Below are positions 1 to 9,444 of a DNA stretch of 64,000 nucleotides, piece by piece. This DNA comes from a virus, in IMG/VR virus record IMGVR_UViG_3300008255_000002. One strand, written 5' to 3'. A program made the position numbers and the translations under genes. Below the pieces are notes generated by a model that saw nothing but the letters and a program-made list of their open reading frames with translations, did no database searches and was not told the DNA's origin. Within the stretch, counting starts at the first letter, position 1, and each line of letters opens with the position of its first letter.

Positions 1-557
1 TCTTTTACTTTAATAACATGAGCACTTGAATCCCAAGCGCTACGCAAACCGATTGAAGAATCCTCGAAAATTATTGTATCTTTTGGACCGATATTTGCAG
101 AAAACATAGCATAAAGATATGGTTGTGGATGTGGTTTTTGAAATTCTGTTGATTTATTATGAATTAAAAAATCTACATATTCATATAATTCCATTTTTTT
201 AAGAACTATTTCTACGGTATGTTTGATTGCATTACTAACGATTGCTATTTTTATTTTGTTAAAATTACAATACTGAAAGATTTTTGTTTTTTCTTTGTCT
301 TCTCTTACAACATCATGAATTTTATCTATTGTTAGTATCTGTTTTAATCTACTAATAAAGTTAATTTCTTCTTGTTTAAAATTCATCATTTCTAATTTTT
401 TAGTTGTTGGAAGTCCATTATATTTATATTTATGATCTTCTTCGCTAATTATATATTTTTCCCCAACAATTTCTTTTATAGCACTGTTTAAAGTATCTTT
501 ATGTATATCTGATAAATTAACAATAGTATTATCTAAATCAAACGCAACTAATTTCAT
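1..557 (-). CDS. HAD-family phosphatase (C-terminus runs off window)
   Basis: Not in ORF track; read manually from ATG at 557: MKLVAFDLDNT (HAD motif I), VSN, KPHP..Y, IFEDS..G (motif IV). Confidence 0.85.
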   Translation of the reverse strand, partial: MKLVAFDLDNTIVNLSDIHKDTLNSAIKEIVGEKYIISEEDHKYKYNGLPTTKKLEMMNFKQEEINFISRLKQILTIDKIHDVVREDKEKTKIFQYCNFNKIKIAIVSNAIKHTVEIVLKKMELYEYVDFLIHNKSTEFQKPHPQPYLYAMFSANIGPKDTIIFEDSSIGLRSAWDSSAHVIKVK

Positions 558-1237
558 AGTTCTTTTCTCTTTAGAAATTTAACAGATGTTTTATCATTCA
601 TCTGATATTTTGCCTTATCTCTAATACGAAGTGACCATTCAATGTCTTCCCCGTCTCTATGGGAAAGATTTTCGTTAAGAGGGTTTTCTAACATGAATTC
701 TTTTTTTGCGATCCAAAAATATCCAGGTATTGCGAAATAAGGATTTGGTTGATTGTAATCGATGTTATTCCATGCATTATAGAATTCTATTCCTTTGGGG
801 CACCATTTTTCAGTACATATCCATTTATGTATTGGTTTTGTTGGGTCTGACCATGACACCCAATCTCTAAATCTTGTACCATTATTATTTAAAACTTGGC
901 ACATAGCAACATCCCAATCGTCGCCAAATGACTTCATTGAATTATAGAAATTCTTCCCTAATACAATGTAATCATGCATAATCACGCAAACGTCATATTG
1001 CGCATTTTCCACGCCTAAATTTTTCTTTTTTGTAATGTGGTGGGGAACTTCTGTTTCATCGAACGCAACCTGTTTATAATGTTCGCCAATATAATTATAT
1101 ATGTCCCAATTAAAATTTCCACCAACAACAACTAATTCTGTTTCGTGATATGGACACGTATCATATATTGATTTTGCAATTTCTACAATTCTTTCGGGGT
1201 TCTTACCATCTGTCGTTAATATATAAGATATTTTCAT
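554..1237 (-). CDS. GT-A fold (GT2-like) glycosyltransferase
   Basis: N-terminal beta strand, KKKNLG...YDVCVIMHD, C-terminal GEDIEWSLR. Confidence 0.7.
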   Translation of the reverse strand: MKISYILTTDGKNPERIVEIAKSIYDTCPYHETELVVVGGNFNWDIYNYIGEHYKQVAFDETEVPHHITKKKNLGVENAQYDVCVIMHDYIVLGKNFYNSMKSFGDDWDVAMCQVLNNNGTRFRDWVSWSDPTKPIHKWICTEKWCPKGIEFYNAWNNIDYNQPNPYFAIPGYFWIAKKEFMLENPLNENLSHRDGEDIEWSLRIRDKAKYQMNDKTSVKFLKRKEL

Positions 1238-1241
1238 TTTA

Positions 1242-1337
1242 TCACCCCTCTATTTTATTTAATTTAGCATATATACCATGTAGTTCTTTTGCTTTTTCAT
1301 TTTTTTTAACAAGATTGTGGTCGTATTTTACATTCAT
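1242..1337 (-). pseudogene. 31-aa ORF, remnant of the C-terminus of an HNH-AP2 endonuclease
   Basis: MNVKYDHNLVKKNEKAKELHGIYAKLNKIEG; compare NRKAKELFGDKAYQN at the end of ORF 4648..5403. Confidence 0.55.
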
Positions 1338-2227
1338 TTTAATATCTCGTTTAATGATTCTTCTAAATCTATAGATGGTTCCCAATCCAATAATGTTACT
1401 GCTCGATTAATATCTAAAACATATTTTGGTTTACCATTTGGTTTTGTTGCATCAAAATTAATAGATCCAGTATATTTCATTTTTAAACAAATTAATTTAA
1501 CAAGGTCTTTAATATTTATACCCTGTCCTGAACCGATATTTATTGGTAATTTTAAATCTTCTTTAGATTCTAAAGATAAATGAATCGCTCTACATAAATC
1601 TTCAACATCAACAAAATCCCTAATAGCTGTTCCGTCACCCCAAACTTCTAAAGGAGGCAAAGCATAAGTAGAAGCTATTTTTTTAATTTTATTAATAATA
1701 CTGACTACAACACCACTTCTATTACGCAAACCAATTACGTTAGAGGGGATTAAATATACCCAATTTAAATTGCTAGACTTTAACATATCTAAAATAGCTA
1801 AACGACTTGATCCGTATGGTGCCATATTACCAGTAATTTCACCACTATATAAAGATGTTTCGTATAATGGTTGTGGTGCGGAATCTGGATAACTAGCACT
1901 TGTCCCTAATTGAATGAATTTATCGACATTGTTTGATTGAGATTGTTCAATAAGATTCCCGGCAATTAACATATTTTCCCAAAACATATTTAAAGAAGCT
2001 TGTGTATGTTGATCAACCCCACCCGCGTGACCCGCACAATTAATAACAACATTTGGTTTAATATCTTTAAAAAGTTTTTCTGTGCATTCTCTATTTAATA
2101 GATTATATCTTGTTGATGTTGCCGGATAAACATTTCTATATCTTTTTTTTCTTAAATAATCAACAACATTAGATCCAATAAATCCGTTTTTTCCACCAGC
2201 CACTAAAATATTTCCAAATTCATACAT
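1334..2227 (-). CDS. GDP-L-fucose synthase-like SDR epimerase/reductase
   Basis: GGKNGFIG Rossmann motif, INCAGHAGG, YxxxR, VWGDGTAIRDF, INIGSG, KPNG. Confidence 0.8.
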   Translation of the reverse strand: MYEFGNILVAGGKNGFIGSNVVDYLRKKRYRNVYPATSTRYNLLNRECTEKLFKDIKPNVVINCAGHAGGVDQHTQASLNMFWENMLIAGNLIEQSQSNNVDKFIQLGTSASYPDSAPQPLYETSLYSGEITGNMAPYGSSRLAILDMLKSSNLNWVYLIPSNVIGLRNRSGVVVSIINKIKKIASTYALPPLEVWGDGTAIRDFVDVEDLCRAIHLSLESKEDLKLPINIGSGQGINIKDLVKLICLKMKYTGSINFDATKPNGKPKYVLDINRAVTLLDWEPSIDLEESLNEILK

Positions 2228-2228
2228 A

Positions 2229-2957
2229 TTATTTTACTCCGTAATAAACATTGTTGCCGACATACGGCATAGATTCGACATGGAAACCATTTTTCTTAAA
2301 ATATTCTAAATTATCCATATTTTCCCATTGTTTTGCAAAACTAACAAAATAGTGCTTCGCATTCATATTATGTATAAATATAGCTCTAGTTTCTTTATCT
2401 GTTTCAGATAAACTTTGGTGTGCTATAAACAAATCTACATTACTGTAATCAAAAAAAAGATCACCCATATTACTGTAAAACTCAACATTCTCAAGCAGAT
2501 TACATTCCCCTAAGTAAAACTTTTGTATTTCAATAATTTCTGGAAAATCGTATATGATATATTTCCCCTTAAAACCAAGTTGTTTAATGAGACGGCACAT
2601 CGAACCGATTCCGCCACCAAATTCAAATATGCTATCAAGGTGATTTACACCACATCCATTAGCGATAATAATCTTATCCTGAACATATTCCAAGTAATTT
2701 AAATGGAATAGTTGAACTATTGAGTTAGGTAGCCATGTTGTCCCCGGATAAAAATATTTTTTAGTTATAAAATCTGGTTCTTTAAGTAAATTATCAACTT
2801 TATAATTAAAAATAGTCTCATCTATCATATTTGCTATATAACCAGCATTTCCAACAATCATTGTTTGTTGTAATGGTGCCCATTCCATAAAATTTTTAAT
2901 ATCATCGGCTACAAGCAACCATTTAATTTGAGCAAGTTTTTGTTCCCAGAATGTCAT
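2229..2957 (-). CDS. Putative sugar O-methyltransferase
   Basis: IFEFGGGIG SAM motif, YIIYDFPE, SLSE; flanked by sugar SDRs. Confidence 0.7.
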   Translation of the reverse strand: MTFWEQKLAQIKWLLVADDIKNFMEWAPLQQTMIVGNAGYIANMIDETIFNYKVDNLLKEPDFITKKYFYPGTTWLPNSIVQLFHLNYLEYVQDKIIIANGCGVNHLDSIFEFGGGIGSMCRLIKQLGFKGKYIIYDFPEIIEIQKFYLGECNLLENVEFYSNMGDLFFDYSNVDLFIAHQSLSETDKETRAIFIHNMNAKHYFVSFAKQWENMDNLEYFKKNGFHVESMPYVGNNVYYGVK

Positions 2958-2994
2958 TTTATAACCTAAAATTATAGGATTTGGTTCTTTCGTT

Positions 2995-3942
2995 TTATTT
3001 TCCTAAAATATTACTATAATACCAATCAACCGTTTGTTTAATTCCATCTTCCAATAATATTTCTGGTTCCCAATTTAGAACAAGTTTCATTTTTGTATTA
3101 TCCATTAATTTTTTAATAGCCCCGTCTGCTTTAGTTGTATCAAAAATAATTTCACCTTTATATCCAATAATTTCAGAGATTAAAAATGCTAAATCTTTAA
3201 TTGTTATATCTGTACCAGTACCAACATTTAATACTTCTGTAGGATCGTTATAACTTTCAAAAGTTCTTACTAATGCATTTCCAACATCCATGCAATATAT
3301 AAATTCTCGCATAGGACGACCAGATCCCCATACAACTACTTGTGGAGTATTTTTTAATTTAGCATCTATAAATCTTTTAATAAGACCTCCAATAACTTTG
3401 GTTTTACCTTCATCAAATGAATCTTCTATACCAAACGAATTGTTTATTACAACACAAACAGAATTAAAGTTATATTGTTTGTGTAGATATTTAGAATATT
3501 CAAAAAAAACACGTCTTGCATGACCGTGCGAATCAACAGATGGATGAGAAGGACCGTTTAAAAAATCTTTTTCTTTAAGTAAATTATTGCTATCTGGATA
3601 AGAACAACTAGGAATAATAGATACGGTTTTTGGAACTTCTAGTTGTCTGGCGATTTCTAATGTATTTAATCCAATTTTAATATTATTGTAATAGAAATCT
3701 GCCGGTTGTGCAATATTCATATGAACATTACCATTAAATGCCGCTAAATGAAATAGTCCGGCTATTTTACCATAATACGGAGCTAATTTATTTAATGAAT
3801 CTCCAAACATTGTAAGATCAAATCCGGTTGTACGACAAACTTCAACTATCTCATAATCTTGGTAAAATTTCTTTATTGCAGCAATAGTTGCTTTACCCAT
3901 CATACTACTTGACCCAGTAACAATAAATATATTTTTATTCAT
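2995..3942 (-). CDS. Second GDP-L-fucose synthase-like SDR (degenerate catalytic motif)
   Basis: HLAAFNG, PADFY.NN, PSCSYP, VWGSGRPMREF, NVGTG, FDTTKADG; YxxxK replaced by HGHAR. Confidence 0.8.
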   Translation of the reverse strand: MNKNIFIVTGSSSMMGKATIAAIKKFYQDYEIVEVCRTTGFDLTMFGDSLNKLAPYYGKIAGLFHLAAFNGNVHMNIAQPADFYYNNIKIGLNTLEIARQLEVPKTVSIIPSCSYPDSNNLLKEKDFLNGPSHPSVDSHGHARRVFFEYSKYLHKQYNFNSVCVVINNSFGIEDSFDEGKTKVIGGLIKRFIDAKLKNTPQVVVWGSGRPMREFIYCMDVGNALVRTFESYNDPTEVLNVGTGTDITIKDLAFLISEIIGYKGEIIFDTTKADGAIKKLMDNTKMKLVLNWEPEILLEDGIKQTVDWYYSNILGK

Positions 3943-4015
3943 TATTATCCTTTATTATATTTTGGTATGTGTTATCTCCATAAATTTTAATTATTGATTT
4001 TAATAATAATTAATA

Positions 4016-4423
4016 TTATTTCTCTGTAACTGAAATGTTTAAGTTATATTTTGACTCAATCCACTCTTTAATATATTTATGTATGTGATCATGGATTGCT
4101 TGTTGTAAATTGTTGTTTCCAGCCGCATAATATCTCTTAAGTCCCCCATTCATTTCATATTCTACTCTTTCCATAATAACCTTACGAAACGAACTATACG
4201 AATCATTAAATAAGTTATCTATGTATTTATCGACCCTTTGTTCTATAATCTCTCTAATAAAATCCTTGTCTGCACCCAACTCATTAATAATAATGTTACG
4301 AATATGGTTGTGGAGTTTCTTATCAGAAACATTAAGCTTCAAAATACTATCACAAAAAGTACATTTAGGATCTTCTGAATTAAAATATCCAACTACTGCA
4401 CGACCACAGTTTTCACAATTCAT
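4016..4423 (-). CDS. Hypothetical protein with N-terminal CxxC pairs
   Basis: 135-aa ORF in operon; CENC...CTFC. Confidence 0.55.
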   Translation of the reverse strand: MNCENCGRAVVGYFNSEDPKCTFCDSILKLNVSDKKLHNHIRNIIINELGADKDFIREIIEQRVDKYIDNLFNDSYSSFRKVIMERVEYEMNGGLKRYYAAGNNNLQQAIHDHIHKYIKEWIESKYNLNISVTEK

Positions 4424-4691
4424 TATTTAAAGCCTCTTTTGCAATTTCTGTAGCATAAAAACCGATATCATCCCAAAAATATCGTCCCTGTAATTCAATG
4501 ATTTTTTCTAAAGCTTCACGATATCGTTTCTTTTCTTCGACTTCTGGTAGTTTTACAAAAAAGTCCCTTTTTTCTTCTGTTGGTATACAACGAAACCTGT
4601 AATCGCATTCCAAACAATTACCGTATCCACACGCACAACAGGTTGTATCAACTTCCTTCTGACATCGTGGACAATTCATTTTCCATCCCAT
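4413..4691 (-). CDS. Cys-rich hypothetical protein
   Basis: CPRC, CCAC, CLEC. Confidence 0.5.
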   Translation of the reverse strand: MGWKMNCPRCQKEVDTTCCACGYGNCLECDYRFRCIPTEEKRDFFVKLPEVEEKKRYREALEKIIELQGRYFWDDIGFYATEIAKEALNNEL

Positions 4692-5403
4692 AATCTTCCT
4701 CTATAATATTCTGATAAGCTTTGTCGCCAAATAGCTCTTTAGCTTTTCGATTGTAGGCTAAAGCCGCTTCCTTTTCTGATTCAAAAGTTCCGACTCTAAT
4801 CTGTTTTTTATTATATTGTATTCTAGCCATCCATTTATTTAATCTTTTGTCTCGTAAAACCCCCATATATCTAGAGCTAAAGTTCTTCCTGCTAATATTT
4901 CTAATCTGCTCTAATTGAGTAACACATCGGCAATTTGATGATTCGTAATTACCATTAGAATCTTTTCTGTCAATAGTTAATTGATCATTATATCCATTAT
5001 TTAATGCCCAATCTCTAAAAGATTCATAAGATTTGTTCCATTCGTCACAAACACGAACACCTTTTTTCCCATAGTATTTGTATACAGAATCATTTGGATT
5101 ATTACATCTCTTTTTCATCTGTTTCCAAATACCATAAAGTCTTGTTTCGCTTTCTCCGTGAGTTTTTTCGCCAAAAGAATGACCATATCTCTCTCTTGGA
5201 TAGCATCCACAACTAAAAACCCTATTTTTTAATAAATCGTATATACTGTTCGCTTTGGCTTTTGTTATATCTCCATTAGCACATTCGCACAACACCATAA
5301 CGGATGGATTTTTCCCTCTAATAAAAACTTCTGATACTACTTTTACCCTATTAAATTCCCTGCCTATATAAAACTCATTTTTATATTTGCCATTATAACT
5401 CAT
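4648..5403 (-). CDS. HNH homing endonuclease with AP2 domain
   Basis: SCGC, MKKRC.NPN...YKYYG.KGV.VCDEW, TIDRKD.NGNY, C-terminal SRYMGV...F.SE.EAA.AYN. Confidence 0.88.
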   Translation of the reverse strand: MSYNGKYKNEFYIGREFNRVKVVSEVFIRGKNPSVMVLCECANGDITKAKANSIYDLLKNRVFSCGCYPRERYGHSFGEKTHGESETRLYGIWKQMKKRCNNPNDSVYKYYGKKGVRVCDEWNKSYESFRDWALNNGYNDQLTIDRKDSNGNYESSNCRCVTQLEQIRNISRKNFSSRYMGVLRDKRLNKWMARIQYNKKQIRVGTFESEKEAALAYNRKAKELFGDKAYQNIIEEDYGMENELSTMSEGS

Positions 5404-6347
5404 AAATATTTATCCTTTGAATTATATAACGGCATTGAGTTGATTAGCATATCAACACTTTCTTCAAGTGTGATGGTCGCCTCAAACCCTTTTTCGTTAA
5501 TTTTTCGGTGCGAAATAATATAATCTCGCTGATCTAAATCTTTACCAATCTCTGCTTTACACGAAATAAAATCTAGTTTTGTGTGTAAGAAATTAATAAT
5601 ATCTTGTTTGCTATAGTTGTTTTTATCAGATCCAATATTATAAATTTTATTTTCATCATCTATTAATTTATCAAAATTCTCTAAACCAAATACTAAACTG
5701 CGTCCGATATCATAAACATCAATAAATGAACGTCTTGCATGTGATTCAAAAACAGTAATATATTTCTCATAATATGCCTTCCACACAAAATCATTTACCA
5801 TTAAACTAAGACGCATTGCAGGAGCAATCCCCATAGCTGTAGAAAAACGGTAAACCGCTCCGTTTGGAGTATTAAGGGTATGTTGTTCAGCTTCTAATTT
5901 ATGTCTTCCATAGGTTGATTGTGGGTTCACAGGGCTTTTTTCCGTACAAATCTCATCAAGTCTACCATAACAACTACCCGTTGACATTAATATCATAGGA
6001 GTTTCTGATTTTTTATATCTAGCTACATTAGATGTTCCAATAGCAGTATATAATTTACTAAGCTCTTTATGTCTCTCGCTTAACGGTGCGCCAACAATTG
6101 CCGCCCCATGTAAAATTGCATCACAACCATCTAACATTTTTTCAACATCATTAACATCAGACACATCTCCAACCATAAATTCAAAACCAGGATAACGAGC
6201 TAATGATAATAGACCATCGCAATGTTGGCTCTTCCAAAAGTTATCAACAACTCTAACTTTATAATTTTTTTCAAGAAGTTGTTTTGTTACTGTTGTTCCA
6301 ATAAAACCGCCACCAGTTACCAATACCTTATTTATTTCTTTACTCAT
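5400..6347 (-). CDS. NAD-dependent nucleotide-sugar epimerase/dehydratase
   Basis: VLVTGGGFIG, VDN, STGSCYG, YGRHK (YxxxK), YNIGS. Confidence 0.88.
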   Translation of the reverse strand: MSKEINKVLVTGGGFIGTTVTKQLLEKNYKVRVVDNFWKSQHCDGLLSLARYPGFEFMVGDVSDVNDVEKMLDGCDAILHGAAIVGAPLSERHKELSKLYTAIGTSNVARYKKSETPMILMSTGSCYGRLDEICTEKSPVNPQSTYGRHKLEAEQHTLNTPNGAVYRFSTAMGIAPAMRLSLMVNDFVWKAYYEKYITVFESHARRSFIDVYDIGRSLVFGLENFDKLIDDENKIYNIGSDKNNYSKQDIINFLHTKLDFISCKAEIGKDLDQRDYIISHRKINEKGFEATITLEESVDMLINSMPLYNSKDKYL

Positions 6348-6362
6348 TATATTATTTGTCCT

Positions 6363-6554
6363 TTATCTTAATGTAGAAATTATACCTTCTGATATATTAA
6401 TGTCTCTTGAGATAACATCGTGAACGTACCATCTTTCTCTTTCATAGTTATATTCTAGTATTGTACCGAGCCAAAAAAACCAATCATCATCTTTTTGATA
6501 TTTTGCCTTAACTAGAAAAATTTTATATAAAGGTATCATGGAGTTATAATCCAA
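6363..6554 (-). CDS. Small hypothetical protein
   Basis: 63-aa ORF filling the operon. Confidence 0.4.
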   Translation of the reverse strand: MDYNSMIPLYKIFLVKAKYQKDDDWFFWLGTILEYNYERERWYVHDVISRDINISEGIISTLR

Positions 6555-6955
6555 AATGGTTTATTTAGTTTCGCGCAATGTTCAACAGTATTTAGTGTTC
6601 CGCTATTTCTATATCCTAATCCATCATAAAAAGCAACAACACAATCAGCAAATTCGGCGATCTGTTTATTTCTTTCAAGATAGGCTAATTTATCTGATGG
6701 ATATCGTTTTTTAGGGAGGAATTCAGTTAGTTGTAAATTATAAAATTTTGCGACTGTTGCCGCTGTTTTATCTACAATGCCGCCCCCACCACTAACTATA
6801 TGTGGACATTTATATTCTAAGCAATATTTGATAAAAACATCAACTTCATTTGGAGATGGAAATCTTCTTGATCCAACAATACCTATTTTATTTAAATCTA
6901 AACTATATTTTGTTATAATTTCCGCCACATCATATACGATTTGTCTATTCATCAA
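6536..6955 (-). CDS. SLOG superfamily protein (YspA/DUF2493-like)
   Basis: IGIVGSR, IVSGGG.IVD, RN.QIAE..D.VVAFYDG..SGT..TV. Confidence 0.78.
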   Translation of the reverse strand: MMNRQIVYDVAEIITKYSLDLNKIGIVGSRRFPSPNEVDVFIKYCLEYKCPHIVSGGGGIVDKTAATVAKFYNLQLTEFLPKKRYPSDKLAYLERNKQIAEFADCVVAFYDGLGYRNSGTLNTVEHCAKLNKPFWIITP

Positions 6956-7167
6956 TTTCTCGATTTATTATAAATAGATATTGGGTAATAGATTGTATAA
7001 AAAACAATTGCTGTAAACATTGTTATTGGTGACACTAACCAAAAAAGAAGATAATCCATAATTGGTTCTTCGTCAAATAATTTTTCTCTTTTTGATTTGA
7101 TATATTGGGAAATTGTTATGTAACCAAAAACAATATAAGATGTTATTAGATATATAGTTATAATCAT
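6952..7167 (-). CDS. Small membrane protein
   Basis: Two hydrophobic segments. Confidence 0.5.
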   Translation of the reverse strand: MIITIYLITSYIVFGYITISQYIKSKREKLFDEEPIMDYLLFWLVSPITMFTAIVFYTIYYPISIYNKSRN

Positions 7168-7412
7168 TGTTCACAAACCACAAAAGGACAGTTTTCAAAA
7201 GTCCACAAACTATATATATTTGATCTTGGTGGCTTACACTCTAAAATATTAATAATCCAATACTCTCCAAAATTTAACGACCCTGCACTAGAGCATTGTT
7301 TATAATCGTCTTGTAACATCATTTTGCGCGACTTATAAACGATTATATCTCCCTTAACTAAATCTTTTGCGAGTTTAATTTTATACATTATTTCCCCTAA
7401 CCAAATCAACAA
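7164..7412 (-). CDS. Hypothetical protein
   Basis: ORF in operon, likely start MYKIKLAKDL. Confidence 0.45.
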   Translation of the reverse strand: MLIWLGEIMYKIKLAKDLVKGDIIVYKSRKMMLQDDYKQCSSAGSLNFGEYWIINILECKPPRSNIYSLWTFENCPFVVCEQ

Positions 7413-7805
7413 TTTTCTTAAGTTCTTTTATTTTACAAATCTTATAAGGGTCTTTGTCTTTATAATCATGTTTCATATAATTACTAATAATACAGAGTAA
7501 TGAATTAACTCTATTAGGTGTAAGATCGAAAACTTCTGCAACATCTTTTTTAAATAATTCTTGTTTTTCATACATCTCTGTCATATATTTTCTATATGGA
7601 GTAGTGTCTTTATCAAGGTTTACATTATAATAACCATCATTAATTCTACAAACCAATCCTGCATAATCTATTTTTTTTTTGGTGGAAGCCCAAAGTTTGT
7701 TGTGCATCCTTGGAAAAACATATTATATGGATCTTTTGATGTTAAATCTAATAACCAATTAAATACACAATTATTTATATTTAATTGTGCTACTCTATAA
7801 TTCAT
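7381..7805 (-). pseudogene. Hypothetical gene possibly interrupted at an A10 run
   Basis: 45-aa ORF from ATG 7805 ends in TAG right after A10 (7671-7680); ORF 7381..7707 continues through the run in another frame. Confidence 0.4.
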
Positions 7806-8177
7806 ATCTTTATCGAGCACAACTATATTATCTTTAATTCGTGATTGACCGATTTATATACATTCTTAGCTAGACGTATAACCAATACCGTTTTGTTTCC
7901 ATAGACAAGTAATTTTGTCGCCATATTCCATATAGGAGATAATAAAAAAAGTACAACACGAAGTATCATTTCTCTATTTTCTTTATGTGGTTGTAAAAAA
8001 AGAGGATGTATTCTTATTATAAGTAATAATATATCTGAATTTATCATTTTTTTGTTTCACCAAAAAGGATCGCTAACTTTGTTTGATTTTACTCTGATTT
8101 TATAAATTAATATGTTTATTAAAAACCATATCAGAATATATCCACAAATCGGAACATTTTGTAAATATGATATAAAA

Positions 8178-9194
8178 TCATTCATAAAATTCATCTCTTA
8201 ATTGAATAATGTTCCTATCTTGTAGATAACTTCTATCCCGTTCCTTTAGAAACCCATAAAATTTATTTTCTAGTGGCGTCTGGAATGATCCGGTTCTTAT
8301 CATATGTGGTTGTCCCTTTTGTAATCGTTCTAACGCGCCACGCATACGTTTCCATGTGTTATAATATGGGGTTTTTAGTTTGAATTGGAATCCTTCGTAA
8401 TCTTCAACAACAAATCCTTCATGGGGGAAATTTGGATTTTCTGAATTATCATTTTGAACATCATTGAGAAATTTTTCAAAATAATCCCAAGACGCAAAAC
8501 TATATGGTTGTTGTTTACATTCAAATTTTAAATGCGATGATATTGTTTTTAATTCTTTATATTCTACTTTTTCAAATTTTTCTGTTCTGCAAATTGCATC
8601 AAGTAATACTAATTTTGGTTCATCATGTTTAATAATATGTGGATCATTTTTAGGATCAATTACCTCAAAGACCAAACTTAAATTTCTATCTTTAAGTATA
8701 TGTTTAATTTGTGATGTGTGAGTCTTATATAATTGATCTTCAAACCACTCAACATAATCACTTTCATTAGTAGCTTTTGTACAAACAAAAAGATCGTTCT
8801 TTTCCCTATTATATCCAACAATCCCCAGATACCCATTATACTTTTCGTATACAGATACAGGGAATTTAATATTTTGCTTTAGGGAAGATAATTGTGTTTC
8901 GGGACGCTCACCATAATTGAAAAATTTCTCATATGACCGCGCAACAATTTCACCAGTCACCACATTAACGAATAATCCGCGAGCACGAATTGTATTTTCA
9001 TCCCAATTCTTTTTTGTGAATGCTTCGCGCGTAAAGTTGAATGATGATATATTTCCCCCTAATTGACGCTCTTTTATATATTTACTACTGTGTAGTTGTT
9101 CGATTAGAGGAATATTAGAATTAATGATTTGTTTCTTTTCTGGCAATGGTCTATATGTAGTGTTTGGTATCTCGATACAATTAAACTTGAGCAT
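8178..9194 (-). CDS. RNA ligase (T4 Rnl1-like nucleotidyltransferase)
   Basis: RARGLF, ARSYEKFFN, EKYNG (motif I Lys), SLVFE, EGFV, FKLKTPYY. Confidence 0.9.
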   Translation of the reverse strand: MLKFNCIEIPNTTYRPLPEKKQIINSNIPLIEQLHSSKYIKERQLGGNISSFNFTREAFTKKNWDENTIRARGLFVNVVTGEIVARSYEKFFNYGERPETQLSSLKQNIKFPVSVYEKYNGYLGIVGYNREKNDLFVCTKATNESDYVEWFEDQLYKTHTSQIKHILKDRNLSLVFEVIDPKNDPHIIKHDEPKLVLLDAICRTEKFEKVEYKELKTISSHLKFECKQQPYSFASWDYFEKFLNDVQNDNSENPNFPHEGFVVEDYEGFQFKLKTPYYNTWKRMRGALERLQKGQPHMIRTGSFQTPLENKFYGFLKERDRSYLQDRNIIQLRDEFYE

Positions 9195-9444
9195 TTTTAT
9201 CTCTATAAATGAATATTACAGTTGCGTTTTCATCTGTTATTTTTTCTTTATTATTCCCTATTTTAACGCTACCTTGTTTAATAAGGGTTTTAGCTTGTGT
9301 TTTACTTTGAGCAAAATCTATATGTACCATAACGTCATATAGTTTCATCTCTACACCAATAATTTTACCATTTAAAACTTCATTTTCAAATTCTGGGTCG
9401 GATGGATCTACATCATCACTATGAATTGTTGCAACATGATTCAT
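9181..9444 (-). CDS. Stand-alone S4 RNA-binding domain protein
   Basis: LYDVMVHIDFAQSKTQAKTLIKQGSVKIG..KITDEN matches the S4 consensus as in the TyrRS C-terminus. Confidence 0.78.
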   Translation of the reverse strand: MNHVATIHSDDVDPSDPEFENEVLNGKIIGVEMKLYDVMVHIDFAQSKTQAKTLIKQGSVKIGNNKEKITDENATVIFIYRDKNAQV

